Of a stretch of DNA of 37,032 nucleotides, positions 17,514-26,450 are shown piece after piece; position 1 is the stretch's first letter, and the number at the start of each line of letters is the position of its first letter. Source of the stretch: a virus. Lineage: Duplodnaviria > Heunggongvirae > Uroviricota > Caudoviricetes. The position numbers and the translations under genes are program-made. The notes under the pieces were generated by a model. It was not told where the DNA came from. It was given only the letters and a program-made list of their open reading frames with translations, and did not search any database. The stretch lies in the IMG/VR virus record IMGVR_UViG_3300047548_001872; one strand, 5' to 3'.

Positions 17514-18152
17514 CTATTGATTGAAAGGTGTTGAAAAGGTTTCCGAGTTCGGCATACCTCCCCACTTTGAAATGTAGTATTGTCTATTTTTTTCAAAACC
17601 TTGATTTAATTCTGGTTGCAAAGCAATTGTCATACTATTGCGGTAGATTTCAGGGTTTAAAAAAGCCGTGTAGACTATGTTTATATTGGACAACATCATC
17701 CTTCTGAAGTAATCATTATCCTCGAAATATGCAGGGAAGAATGATTCGTCAAAAGCCCCTACTTTTTTATATGTTTCGACGGGCAAAATGAAGCTGCACC
17801 AATTAAGTTCGCTATTGAAAAATTCAGCATCTTTCCATAGCCTAATCAATGTCATAATTTGAGATTCATCTTTGCCTAAATAAATGTCGTCGTTAAGCAT
17901 TAATACATGGGTTGCATCGGTGCGGATAGCATAATCCATAATCATATTCCAAGAACCCGAAACACCCAAGTTTTTTTCAGGTCTATAGACGACCATTTTG
18001 TTCTCTCTGGAAATAATGTTTTGGTTGCCATTATCGCAAATTACGATTTCTGTATTCTTGAAATCTTCGTAGTATTTTGATAAAGCATCATTGAGTAAAT
18101 CGGCTCTATTAATTGTAGGAATACCGATTATTAGTTTTGTTGGTTTTTCCAT
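17514..18152 (-). CDS. Glycosyltransferase family 2
   Basis: IGIPTINR; NLGVSGSWN; LMLNDDI; FDESFFPAYFEDNDYFRRM. Confidence 0.88.
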   Translation of the reverse strand: MEKPTKLIIGIPTINRADLLNDALSKYYEDFKNTEIVICDNGNQNIISRENKMVVYRPEKNLGVSGSWNMIMDYAIRTDATHVLMLNDDIYLGKDESQIMTLIRLWKDAEFFNSELNWCSFILPVETYKKVGAFDESFFPAYFEDNDYFRRMMLSNINIVYTAFLNPEIYRNSMTIALQPELNQGFEKNRQYYISKWGGMPNSETFSTPFNQ

Positions 18153-18163
18153 AAATGTTGTTG

Positions 18164-18397
18164 TTATTTTTGAGTTTCTTGCTCCCACTCGCCTTTTGGA
18201 CAAGACTCGTCGGCATATTTTGTTTTTTGGTTTACGAAGCATCCGCAAAGTTTACATCTCCCATTTCCCGATACAGTCCATTCCCCATCGGTTACACAAT
18301 CCCTACACTTTTCTAATCTTGATTTCCAAATATCTTTGGAAACCTTTTCAATAGAATCACCTTTGACTATCTTGAACGCATCAAAAAATACTGACAT
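18164..18397 (-). CDS. Small Cys-rich putative metal-binding protein
   Basis: RLEKCRDC..CKLCGCFV..K..CPKGEW. Confidence 0.7.
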   Translation of the reverse strand: MSVFFDAFKIVKGDSIEKVSKDIWKSRLEKCRDCVTDGEWTVSGNGRCKLCGCFVNQKTKYADESCPKGEWEQETQK

Positions 18398-18398
18398 A

Positions 18399-18704
18399 CT
18401 AAACCATTTCTAAGACTTCAACTTCTTGTTCAACCAAAACTTCTTGGTTTTTAATCTTCCTGAATCTCCATTTAGCAAAAGCAGGCTCTTGATAGATATT
18501 AATTAACGGAATGAAAACGGGGGTGTTATAAACCCCTTCAAGTAAAATTCCTTGCACAATCCCGTCATTCTCTAAAATATCCCTGACTTTGTATTCTTCA
18601 TCTTTTACAACCCAATTATTGTAAGTTCTTTGGACATATTCTTTTCGCTCTAAAGGTATTGAATCATCAATACAAACAACAGTATCTCCAATGTAAAATG
18701 CCAT
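18399..18704 (-). CDS. Hypothetical phage protein (SH3-like)
   Basis: FYIGDTVVCIDD..YKVRDI..FRK. Confidence 0.6.
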   Translation of the reverse strand: MAFYIGDTVVCIDDSIPLERKEYVQRTYNNWVVKDEEYKVRDILENDGIVQGILLEGVYNTPVFIPLINIYQEPAFAKWRFRKIKNQEVLVEQEVEVLEMV

Positions 18705-18705
18705 A

Positions 18706-19011
18706 TTATCTAAGTATTTCTCCAGTTTCCATGTCAATCATCAACTGAGGTGATTTCTTAGCCATCAAGCAAATTTTTTCGATGATGGCTGATGTGGAAT
18801 ATTGGTTTTCGAATTTTTTTGATTTTAAGTAGTAATCGATTTTAACGGCATCTCCCTTCTCCATGTTTACTTGTTTGATAAGAACCATCTTGGAACTAAA
18901 AGCAGTAAACGCAACAGGTAAATAAATATCGTCTTTCTTGACTTTTATTACTACCTGAAGTGCCACATCTTTTATGGGAATAATGTCCATTATGATACCT
19001 CTACAAACCAT
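18706..19011 (-). CDS. Putative OB-fold ssDNA-binding protein (DUF3127-like)
   Basis: Beta-rich 101 aa, GDAVKIDYYLKSK, acidic tail; adjacent to replication genes. Confidence 0.4.
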   Translation of the reverse strand: MVCRGIIMDIIPIKDVALQVVIKVKKDDIYLPVAFTAFSSKMVLIKQVNMEKGDAVKIDYYLKSKKFENQYSTSAIIEKICLMAKKSPQLMIDMETGEILR

Positions 19012-19047
19012 ATTAAAAAATATTATTTGTAAAAGTAATTATTATTT

Positions 19048-19899
19048 TTAATATTCCAACATTTGTAGGGTTAATTTATCATGAACCTCTTTAATGTCCT
19101 TAGTCCTTAGCCACTCATTAACAACATATTGTCTTGCCTCTCTTTTGATAATGTCTTCTTTTTTTAGCTTCGAGAACGATACATCTTTAATTACCGCTTG
19201 TAGTGCGCTTGTTGACTTTGCTTTTTCGTAAGCCTTATTCCCGTATTCTAATGCATTATTGATTAGGTTTTCGTCAATATTTGGCTTCGATATAGGCATT
19301 AGCTTGTTGTGCTTAATGAAGTTGTATAAAACATCGCCTGAATCAAAATAAACTTCCTTTTTAATCATTACAACATCATAAGCCTGACGAATCAATTTTT
19401 TGAAGTTTAGCATCCTTTCTTCAGGAGATATTTGCTTGACTTGCATTGATTCTAACTTTTGTATTTCGTCACTAACTTTAAAGATAGAGTTATTTCGAAA
19501 AGACAAATAAGCCTTCAATACTTTCGAAACGTATATGAAACTGAGTTTTCCATAATGTTCGGCATCAGTTTCAATTAAATCTGAATTTGTTGTGATTAAT
19601 TTCACGCATGCTTTCAAGTCAAAAATGTTGAGGTTGCCAAAGTTTTCTCGGATGAAATCATTTACCAAAATAATGTCTTGAGCATCTATGGATATTCCTA
19701 ATCCATAAGCCCATTGCGCAACTATTTTGTCGATTTCCTGAAGCTCTGATTTGTCGCTATTAAGGATATTGGAGAGTTTATTTTCGGTTTGTTTTTTATT
19801 GTAAAGGATGATGTCGTTTTGATTCACGTTGGGGAGTTTTCCTACAACGATATTATCCTTGACTATCACGGAGTTTTGAAGCGTTACTAACTTGCTCAT
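19048..19899 (-). CDS. Putative replication accessory protein / helicase loader
   Basis: Overlaps the initiator-like gene; HYGKLSFIYVSKVLKAY motif; function inferred from position. Confidence 0.4.
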   Translation of the reverse strand: MSKLVTLQNSVIVKDNIVVGKLPNVNQNDIILYNKKQTENKLSNILNSDKSELQEIDKIVAQWAYGLGISIDAQDIILVNDFIRENFGNLNIFDLKACVKLITTNSDLIETDAEHYGKLSFIYVSKVLKAYLSFRNNSIFKVSDEIQKLESMQVKQISPEERMLNFKKLIRQAYDVVMIKKEVYFDSGDVLYNFIKHNKLMPISKPNIDENLINNALEYGNKAYEKAKSTSALQAVIKDVSFSKLKKEDIIKREARQYVVNEWLRTKDIKEVHDKLTLQMLEY

Positions 19900-20557
19900 A
19901 AGCTTTGCCTAAATTTGTTTTTGGTGCAACATAGGTTTCATTAAGGTAGCCTTGAAATTTATTGGAAAACAAGGTGTCTGGTCGAAGAAAATCTTCGAAT
20001 CTGGTGTTAAGCCATTTCTGAGATTTTATAGCAATTACTTTTTTGAAGTCTTCAACAGTAAACCCATCAGCAAGCCTTGAATTAATAAGTGTCCTATAGG
20101 ATTTTGTTGACGCTAAAAACTTCCTTCCAGAACACTCGTTTAAGAAATCTATAATTTCTTGATAAACTTCGTCAGGAGTTTGGTTTTTAGAAGACTTTTT
20201 CGATGGCTTTGTAGATTTTGGTAAAACATTTTCAGTCAATTCTTCTTGACCAATAACATCCGCTTGGATTATTTCGGCTTTTGGTAGTTCTTCAACTGAT
20301 TTTACAACTCCTAAAACCCTCTTCAGTTCAAAACCGCTATGGCATTTAGACAAAGAGAAATCTTGCACGTGATTGTTAAATATGCTCAGTCCAAAGTTTA
20401 TTGCTGCATAATATTTGTTTTTTGAAATAGCCAAAGGCAAAGAAACCTTAATTTTCTTGGTTTCTACATTTTCAAATTGCAAGATTATGGGCATCCAAAC
20501 CTCGTAATATAGCTTGTTTTTATCACGTAGAGCCTTAATAAATCCAATTATTTCCAT
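19853..20557 (-). CDS. Replisome organizer/initiator with conserved phage C-terminal domain (Phg_2220_C-like)
   Basis: EIIDFLN..SGRKF..INSRLADGFTVEDFKKVI..W..FLRPDTLFSNKFQGYLNE. Confidence 0.75.
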   Translation of the reverse strand: MEIIGFIKALRDKNKLYYEVWMPIILQFENVETKKIKVSLPLAISKNKYYAAINFGLSIFNNHVQDFSLSKCHSGFELKRVLGVVKSVEELPKAEIIQADVIGQEELTENVLPKSTKPSKKSSKNQTPDEVYQEIIDFLNECSGRKFLASTKSYRTLINSRLADGFTVEDFKKVIAIKSQKWLNTRFEDFLRPDTLFSNKFQGYLNETYVAPKTNLGKAYEQVSNASKLRDSQG

Positions 20558-20784
20558 TAATCTACAATATCGTCAATTGGCAAATTTAATGCTTTAGAAA
20601 TCATGATAGCCGTTGTGATGTTGTAATTTTTACGGCTACCATTAACGATGCCATTTAAAATGTACATCGAAATGACCTTTCCTTCATTGGTCTCTTTTAT
20701 GAGGTTATAAAGGTCTTTTTGAGTCAAGCCTCTTTCTTGAAGAATGGCTTGAAGTTTAGTTACTTCTACGGTTACTTTGGGCAT
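20557..20784 (-). CDS. XRE-family HTH regulator
   Basis: LQAILQERGLTQKDL..ISKALNLPIDDIV. Confidence 0.8.
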   Translation of the reverse strand: MPKVTVEVTKLQAILQERGLTQKDLYNLIKETNEGKVISMYILNGIVNGSRKNYNITTAIMISKALNLPIDDIVD

Positions 20785-20786
20785 AA

Positions 20787-21494
20787 TTATTTTTGTAAAA
20801 TGTAGTTTGAAAATTTTTTACCGCTGACTTTTTCTTTCGTAATCTTGACCCCCTTCAACCTAAGTCTGTAAATTTTCTTTTTTAGATTTCCAAAAGGGGA
20901 TACTTCTTGGTTTACAAAACCATGCTCCAGCATATATTTAAAAACTTGACCCGTTTCAGAGTCTTTGTGGAATTTTATTTTAGAATAGTCTAAGGCAAGC
21001 GGTTCTTTGATTGTGGTATTTTCCTCGACTGGATTTGTGATTGTCGGGTTTTGGTTTATAACCTCATTATTAGGTGCTAAATCAATTGATTGTTGAGACT
21101 TTTCTTCTCGATAAGCTAAAAATTCTTCCTCGCTTATCAAGTCTTCAATTTCAAGTTTTTTATATTTTTCAAAGTGAAAATACTCTCGCTTAAAAACAGT
21201 AAAAATGAGTCCACCTGAGCGAGTAAACAACAAATGAACTTCTTCCTCGAATTTAATAAATTCTCCCTTAGTAAAAGCCCAATTGTATCCGTAATTGAAT
21301 GCCTTTTGCTGAAGGATATCAAGCTCCTCTTGGCTTGTTACCAAAACGCTGAAATACCCTTTTAAAAAAGGGTTTTCCAAAGCGTTTGAAGTTGAATTCA
21401 AATCTTGTGATTTGTACGTTTTATTGTCGCTCAACACAAAAGCATACAATGCAAGTGCTGCAAGAATCAAAAGTATTAAAATTTGCGTTCCCAT
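20787..21494 (-). CDS. Membrane-anchored hypothetical protein with possible C-terminal winged helix
   Basis: N-terminal hydrophobic helix; LQQKAFNYGYNWA segment resembles the repeats of the 1505-aa protein; KKKIYRLRLKG tail. Confidence 0.6.
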   Translation of the reverse strand: MGTQILILLILAALALYAFVLSDNKTYKSQDLNSTSNALENPFLKGYFSVLVTSQEELDILQQKAFNYGYNWAFTKGEFIKFEEEVHLLFTRSGGLIFTVFKREYFHFEKYKKLEIEDLISEEEFLAYREEKSQQSIDLAPNNEVINQNPTITNPVEENTTIKEPLALDYSKIKFHKDSETGQVFKYMLEHGFVNQEVSPFGNLKKKIYRLRLKGVKITKEKVSGKKFSNYILQK

Positions 21495-21505
21495 GATATG
21501 TCGTT

Positions 21506-22042
21506 TTAGTCATTACACTCTATTTCTACAATAGTGTAATTGGTTAGCATTTTCACAAAATAAGAGCGTTCAGAGGCGGATAATGTATGAGTATAGGAGT
21601 CATACTTATAGCCGTTTTCAAATCTAATAGTCTTGATGTTTTTAGTCTTCAGTAATTGCAAGGTAGTTTCATCGATTTCGAAATAACTTGTGCCATCGCA
21701 ATTGAATTTATTCCATGACTTCAAAGTAATTACTTGGTCATTTTCCAATAAGAAATACAACTTACAATTTTCTTGGCATGACCCGATACCATATTGCTTG
21801 ATGATGATGCTTTGTAGTTTGATAGAGTCGGACTCCATAACCAATCTTGGTTGCAAAGCCATCCCTTTCTCTTTGTCCTTTGCAAGCATAACCAAACGCT
21901 GTGGCATGTAGTAGTGCCGTTGAGTGATTTTATCGACGCAATGTTCGATTTTTACTTTGTCGGATTGCCCTAAAGCAAAGTTAGAGATTAAGAAAATTGC
22001 ACATAATGCAAGTGCAGAAAATAAGTTTTTGATTGTTTTCAT
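21506..22042 (-). CDS. Secreted hypothetical protein
   Basis: Signal peptide MKTIKNLFSALALCAIFLISNFALG. Confidence 0.65.
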   Translation of the reverse strand: MKTIKNLFSALALCAIFLISNFALGQSDKVKIEHCVDKITQRHYYMPQRLVMLAKDKEKGMALQPRLVMESDSIKLQSIIIKQYGIGSCQENCKLYFLLENDQVITLKSWNKFNCDGTSYFEIDETTLQLLKTKNIKTIRFENGYKYDSYTHTLSASERSYFVKMLTNYTIVEIECND

Positions 22043-22082
22043 TTTTTTGATTTTTTGTTGTTGTTAATGATTAAATTGATTT

Positions 22083-22090
22083 CAAATATA
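22083..22090 (-). promoter_or_regulatory. -7 promoter element TATATTTG
   Basis: In the AT-rich gap 40 nt upstream of ATG 22042; no clear -33 box. Confidence 0.5.
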
Positions 22091-22131
22091 GGAATATTAT
22101 TTTTAATATTTATTATTTTAAATAATATTTT

Positions 22132-23049
22132 TTATTTTTTCACAGCCCTTAATGTTTCAGCTATTTTTAGTCGGCAATCATCATGTATAATGTACTTGTT
22201 GATGAACTCTAATGCCTCTACACACAAGGAGAGCTTTGCCTTCAATGAATCGATGTCTTCTACAGGCGTTTGTTCAACTTGTTTTTTTAGAACGTTGATT
22301 GTTTTCTTGCTAACAGTTACTTCTTTCTTGAGGTTTTTTAGTTCTTCGTCTTTTTGTTTTTTTCTGGCAACCAAGACCGAAAGAATTTCCTGATATTCTT
22401 CCTCCGATGTATCTAAAGTCAAGGCTTTATCTGCTTTGTCAAAAAACTCATGATATCCACGCAACTCAAAACTCCTTGTGTTGAATAGTTCTCTTTGCTT
22501 TTGGATTCGTTGTCTCTCCTCCTCCTCTTCTCTTATCCTTTGCTGCTCTTGCTCAAACCTTGCCTTGCTTCCGTACAAAATGGTTTGAAAAGCATCATCT
22601 GAAATGATGTCCAACTGAAGCTCGTTAAAGTTGATTACAGAAGCATAAGGCATAAGCTGCTCGGCTCTATTCTTTTTCAACTCTTGTTTACGCAACCACG
22701 CTTGGGTTTCGGCATACTTAGCTTGGATTTCAAGGTGTTTTTCGGCAGGCTCAATAATTGCAGCAAGCTCTTTAGCTACTGAATCTATAAAGCGACCTTC
22801 GGCAAGAGATTTTTCTTTGAGTGATTTCCTTGTTTTTTCCAAATCAAGGCGTTTAGCCTTCAGGAATTTGTGAGCTTCCTTAGCCACTTGTATTTGCTCC
22901 TCTTGTTCCTCAGAGGTAACTTTGATTTCATACGCTTTTGTTGCCCATTCATTAGCAACATTTAGGTAATCGACAAATGAATTTGAAATTTCATTTTTTC
23001 TCGATTGCTCGATAATTTCGAATTCTTGGTTTTTTGCTACTTCGCTCAT
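22132..23049 (-). CDS. Coiled-coil phage protein
   Basis: Charged helical sequence, KRLDLEKTRKSLKE..IDSVAKEL..IIEPAEKHL. Confidence 0.65.
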   Translation of the reverse strand: MSEVAKNQEFEIIEQSRKNEISNSFVDYLNVANEWATKAYEIKVTSEEQEEQIQVAKEAHKFLKAKRLDLEKTRKSLKEKSLAEGRFIDSVAKELAAIIEPAEKHLEIQAKYAETQAWLRKQELKKNRAEQLMPYASVINFNELQLDIISDDAFQTILYGSKARFEQEQQRIREEEEERQRIQKQRELFNTRSFELRGYHEFFDKADKALTLDTSEEEYQEILSVLVARKKQKDEELKNLKKEVTVSKKTINVLKKQVEQTPVEDIDSLKAKLSLCVEALEFINKYIIHDDCRLKIAETLRAVKK

Positions 23050-23050
23050 A

Positions 23051-23314
23051 CTATTCGGTTTTTTTGGTTGGACTGCTTAGAACAACTCGCTCTAAATCTG
23101 AAAAGGTTTTGATTCTTTCAATATCATCATCAGAAATAATAATGTTGAATTTTTTCTCCAATTCCAAAGTAAGCTCTACTACATCAAGGCTATCAAGACC
23201 GAATTCTTCGACAAGATTTGTGTCGTCATTAATGGCAACTTTGTTTGGGTCAAAAATAGCAACATTTTCAATTGCTTTGATAGCGGTTTTACGTTGTTGT
23301 TCTGTGAATTTCAT
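23051..23314 (-). CDS. acpP: Acyl carrier protein
   Basis: 87 aa, acidic; phosphopantetheine site GLDSLDVVEL..ELEKKFNIIISDDD. Confidence 0.9.
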   Translation of the reverse strand: MKFTEQQRKTAIKAIENVAIFDPNKVAINDDTNLVEEFGLDSLDVVELTLELEKKFNIIISDDDIERIKTFSDLERVVLSSPTKKTE

Positions 23315-23315
23315 C

Positions 23316-24059
23316 TTAATTATTAGTGTTTAAAAGTGATTTGATTTTTTGTTTGGTTTCTTCGGGAAAATCGGATTTTAAAACCCAATCCAAGTAAGGC
23401 ATATCGGCAAATACCGACTTGTGAGCATTTTTGCCTATTGCCCAACACACCACACCTTCTTTATTAATATAAAGTTTCCCATTTAGGTCAAACCTTTTAC
23501 GCTCGCCTTGACAAAGCAAGTCGATGTCTTCGGGAGTGATGTCTTCATTGCCATCGGTTTGATGCATTAGAATTTCAAGTGTAGCCCGAACATCATTTAA
23601 AGCATCATGCGCACCTTCAAGGGTTTTGCCCGTGTACCTTTTGTAAACTTCTGACAAGTTGTTTGGCTTGAGTAATTTTTCGTACTTTAAAACATCGACA
23701 AGGTTGAAATCCCAATTCGGAAAATCAACGATTCCACAACGATTAAACTCTTTGATAAGCAAAGGGAAGTCGAAGTAATCTGAGTTAAACCCAGCAATAT
23801 CGCACCCGTGCATATAATCGGCTAATGACTTAGCATATTGGGTAAAAAATGGTGCGCCTTGTACCATTTCATCGGTAATACCGTGAACGGCTGATGCTTC
23901 GGGAGAAATTAGAATTTGTGGATTGAAAAGGTACTTTTTTTCTTCAGTACTTCCATCCATAAGTAACTTGATTGTTGCGATTTGTACGATTCTGTCTTTT
24001 TGAATGTCTAACCCTGTTGTTTCAAGGTCAAAGAACAAAATTGGTCTTGAAATTTTCAT
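23316..24059 (-). CDS. DEDDh 3'-5' exonuclease (DNA polymerase III epsilon-like)
   Basis: FFDLETTG; HGIT; GFNSDYFD; HDALNDV. Confidence 0.92.
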   Translation of the reverse strand: MKISRPILFFDLETTGLDIQKDRIVQIATIKLLMDGSTEEKKYLFNPQILISPEASAVHGITDEMVQGAPFFTQYAKSLADYMHGCDIAGFNSDYFDFPLLIKEFNRCGIVDFPNWDFNLVDVLKYEKLLKPNNLSEVYKRYTGKTLEGAHDALNDVRATLEILMHQTDGNEDITPEDIDLLCQGERKRFDLNGKLYINKEGVVCWAIGKNAHKSVFADMPYLDWVLKSDFPEETKQKIKSLLNTNN

Positions 24060-24108
24060 TATTGTTGATTTAAGTTTCTTGGTCTAAATTTACTATTTTT
24101 TTATTATA

Positions 24109-24699
24109 CTACAACATAACTTTACAATTATTTGTCTCAGCAATCCACTTGGCAGTACGGATAACTTTTTCTTCCTTTCCATTAAAATATCTGGTTTCAA
24201 GTTCTGATATTTTTTTTGGAAACCAAACTAATCGACTTGCTGAAGTTATTTGGTTTTGTTCGTTCAAAAAAACATCTACCAAGCAACCATAACTTTTGAT
24301 TGTCTCGTTAAAAAGAACAACCCGAACCTCAACAGTTTCAAATTGCCCCAAGTCAAATTTCTTGTTGAACAAGTTGTTGGCGTTTAAAATTGCATCTTCC
24401 AAATGAGTGTACTTTACTGAAAGGATGTAATTGTTCATGTCATCACCATATTGCTCGTCTGCTTCGTAAAACCACTCCGTACCTGTTTTGTAAAAACTTA
24501 CACCCATTTCTTCAAACCAAAGCATAATAAGCCCGTATTGCATTTCTTTTGGATAAGAAGTGAAGGGAACTTTATACAAAACCAAAGTGTCTTTTTCAAA
24601 CTCAAAACGATAGTCTTTGGTAGCCTTGTTTTTAGGATTTACACACCAATTTGAAAACATTCGTTTTGCTTTCTTGTTCAATAATTCGCTCATGGTCAA
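24109..24699 (-). CDS. Hypothetical protein
   Basis: 196-aa ORF within the operon. Confidence 0.6.
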   Translation of the reverse strand: MTMSELLNKKAKRMFSNWCVNPKNKATKDYRFEFEKDTLVLYKVPFTSYPKEMQYGLIMLWFEEMGVSFYKTGTEWFYEADEQYGDDMNNYILSVKYTHLEDAILNANNLFNKKFDLGQFETVEVRVVLFNETIKSYGCLVDVFLNEQNQITSASRLVWFPKKISELETRYFNGKEEKVIRTAKWIAETNNCKVML

Positions 24700-25005
24700 C
24701 TATTCTTGGGTGTTGATTTTAGTTAATTTTTTCTTGGCTTCTTTTGCAGCTTGCTCCGATTTCAACTTGACATAGGCAGCTTGCATAAGTGCCATTTTTC
24801 TTATGTCATAGTTAAAACCACCATTGATGTATTTGGTGTATTCTCTTGGGCTAATTTCCAAAAGGTTACAAAATTCCTCTTTACTCAAATTGAACTCTTG
24901 GATAATGGTTCTTGCGTCTTTAGCCATAGATAATTGTATTGTCAAATATCTATAATCTAAATCGCTCAAGCCTGATAAAAATCGTCTAATTAAAAGTGCT
25001 TTCAT
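24700..25005 (-). CDS. Putative HTH DNA-binding protein
   Basis: FNLSKEEFCNLLEISPREYTKYING. Confidence 0.6.
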   Translation of the reverse strand: MKALLIRRFLSGLSDLDYRYLTIQLSMAKDARTIIQEFNLSKEEFCNLLEISPREYTKYINGGFNYDIRKMALMQAAYVKLKSEQAAKEAKKKLTKINTQE

Positions 25006-25006
25006 T

Positions 25007-25438
25007 TTATTTTTGGATTAAAATTTTTTCTGATAATTTCCAAGCATGCTGAACCCACTTTGACATAGAAGACCTATTGACATCCTCATGTTTTGATTTG
25101 AATTCTTTTAATTTTTCAGCATCGGTAATTGCTTCCAAAGCAGCGTCATAAGTTTTTCTTTCAGAAGGTTTTCCGTAAGCGAAAGTTGAAAATGATTCGG
25201 AAACTGACTTTAGATGGTCTTTCATAAACACATCAATAGCTGAACCTAAAAAATCCTCGATTTCCTTTTCTGGATTTGTTGAAAAAATCAAAAGGCTTGG
25301 TATTGATTCGCCTGAATCAACATTGGTGCAACAAGCTTTTCCTGAACCTAAAATCAAGGCACAACAAAAAGCAATTTTATCATTTTCAGCTTTGAAAGTA
25401 ATAGGGTCGCTTGGCGTTACAAATTCATACAAAAACAT
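25007..25438 (-). CDS. Hypothetical protein
   Basis: 143-aa coupled ORF. Confidence 0.6.
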   Translation of the reverse strand: MFLYEFVTPSDPITFKAENDKIAFCCALILGSGKACCTNVDSGESIPSLLIFSTNPEKEIEDFLGSAIDVFMKDHLKSVSESFSTFAYGKPSERKTYDAALEAITDAEKLKEFKSKHEDVNRSSMSKWVQHAWKLSEKILIQK

Positions 25439-25441
25439 AGC

Positions 25442-25792
25442 TTAAATATTTACAGTTAAATTGTGATACTTGTTCAAAACACACTCCACTTCATAAACCA
25501 TAATAGCCCCCACTCCACGATATCCTTTAAAAACATGAATTGGCAATTTAAGTAAGTGAGAGATTCGGATTATTTCATATTTGTCTTGAATTATTTTCTC
25601 ATTTAGCATCACTTCAGTAATTCGATTGATGCATCGTCGATTCAAACCAGCTTCTTTCAAGTTCAATTGCAAATACTCATCGCTAATGATATAATTGTCT
25701 TTATGAGGGTCTGGGTTAGAAATTTGTTTCTTGTACGCTTTCACGATTTTAAGGGCATCGAAAAACTCTTGGGATGAGATTGTCTTTGTCAT
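25442..25792 (-). CDS. Protein with RNA polymerase alpha-CTD-like (HhH) domain
   Basis: LKEAGLNRRCINRI..ISHLLKL..FKGYRGVGAIMVYEVE resembles the alpha-CTD pattern. Confidence 0.5.
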   Translation of the reverse strand: MTKTISSQEFFDALKIVKAYKKQISNPDPHKDNYIISDEYLQLNLKEAGLNRRCINRITEVMLNEKIIQDKYEIIRISHLLKLPIHVFKGYRGVGAIMVYEVECVLNKYHNLTVNI

Positions 25793-26097
25793 AGTAAAGA
25801 TTGTTGCTTATTTGTGTCTTGATTGTTGTTGGGTGAATTTCTACGACCTATCGACTTTAAAGTATAGGTAGTAGTTTGATAATTATCATCGGCTCTGGTA
25901 AGCTCATATCCGTTTTCTCGTGCCTTTTGTACAACCATTTCAAATTCAAAATCATTTAATTCGGGGCATCTATCAAATGCTGAATTCATGGTGTTTTTTC
26001 TATTCAACAATAAGTTGTTGAATATTGTAATGAATTGGTCTATCTTTTGATGACTTACTGGCTTCATTACCTCGTTAATATCAACGAAATCTTTCAT
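25789..26097 (-). CDS. Hypothetical protein
   Basis: 102-aa coupled ORF. Confidence 0.6.
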   Translation of the reverse strand: MKDFVDINEVMKPVSHQKIDQFITIFNNLLLNRKNTMNSAFDRCPELNDFEFEMVVQKARENGYELTRADDNYQTTTYTLKSIGRRNSPNNNQDTNKQQSLL

Positions 26098-26368
26098 TTT
26101 TTATCTCTTTTTGAATTAAGTAATCTTCGCAAAATATTACCTTATGCTGAACGCTTTTTTTACTATTATAAACTTTGTTGTAAAAGTGTTCTTCGGGTGA
26201 TTCGATTTTCTTGTTTTTAGAAAGGATTTTGATGCATTTTTTTGTGGAATAGATTAACCTATCGGAAATTACATCGAACCCAAGTATTGCATCGTCAAAA
26301 CCTTTCAGCACAAATATTTCATTCTTGTGAAATGATTTTAGGGATGCCAAATATTTACTTCCTTTCAT
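26081..26368 (-). CDS. Conserved hypothetical phage protein
   Basis: GFDDAILG..RLIYSTKKCIKIL motif. Confidence 0.65.
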   Translation of the reverse strand: MKGSKYLASLKSFHKNEIFVLKGFDDAILGFDVISDRLIYSTKKCIKILSKNKKIESPEEHFYNKVYNSKKSVQHKVIFCEDYLIQKEIKNERFR

Positions 26369-26415
26369 GATTTTTTTTAATCCTTATGCGAATGCATAGG
26401 CTATGGTTTGAAATA

Positions 26416-26440
26416 GCCCCAAGACCTTTATACTTGGGGC
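26416..26440 (-). terminator. GC-rich hairpin, possible terminator after the DUF932-like gene
   Basis: GCCCCAAG-N9-CTTGGGGC; U-tract weak. Confidence 0.5.
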
Positions 26441-26450
26441 ATATTTGAGT

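Noticed and set aside
9341-24092. GTAAATTTAGA at 9341 (+) and ~24083-24093 (-) as a late promoter
   Set aside because: Only two copies of an AT-rich near-palindrome; not distinguishable from chance without the whole genome.
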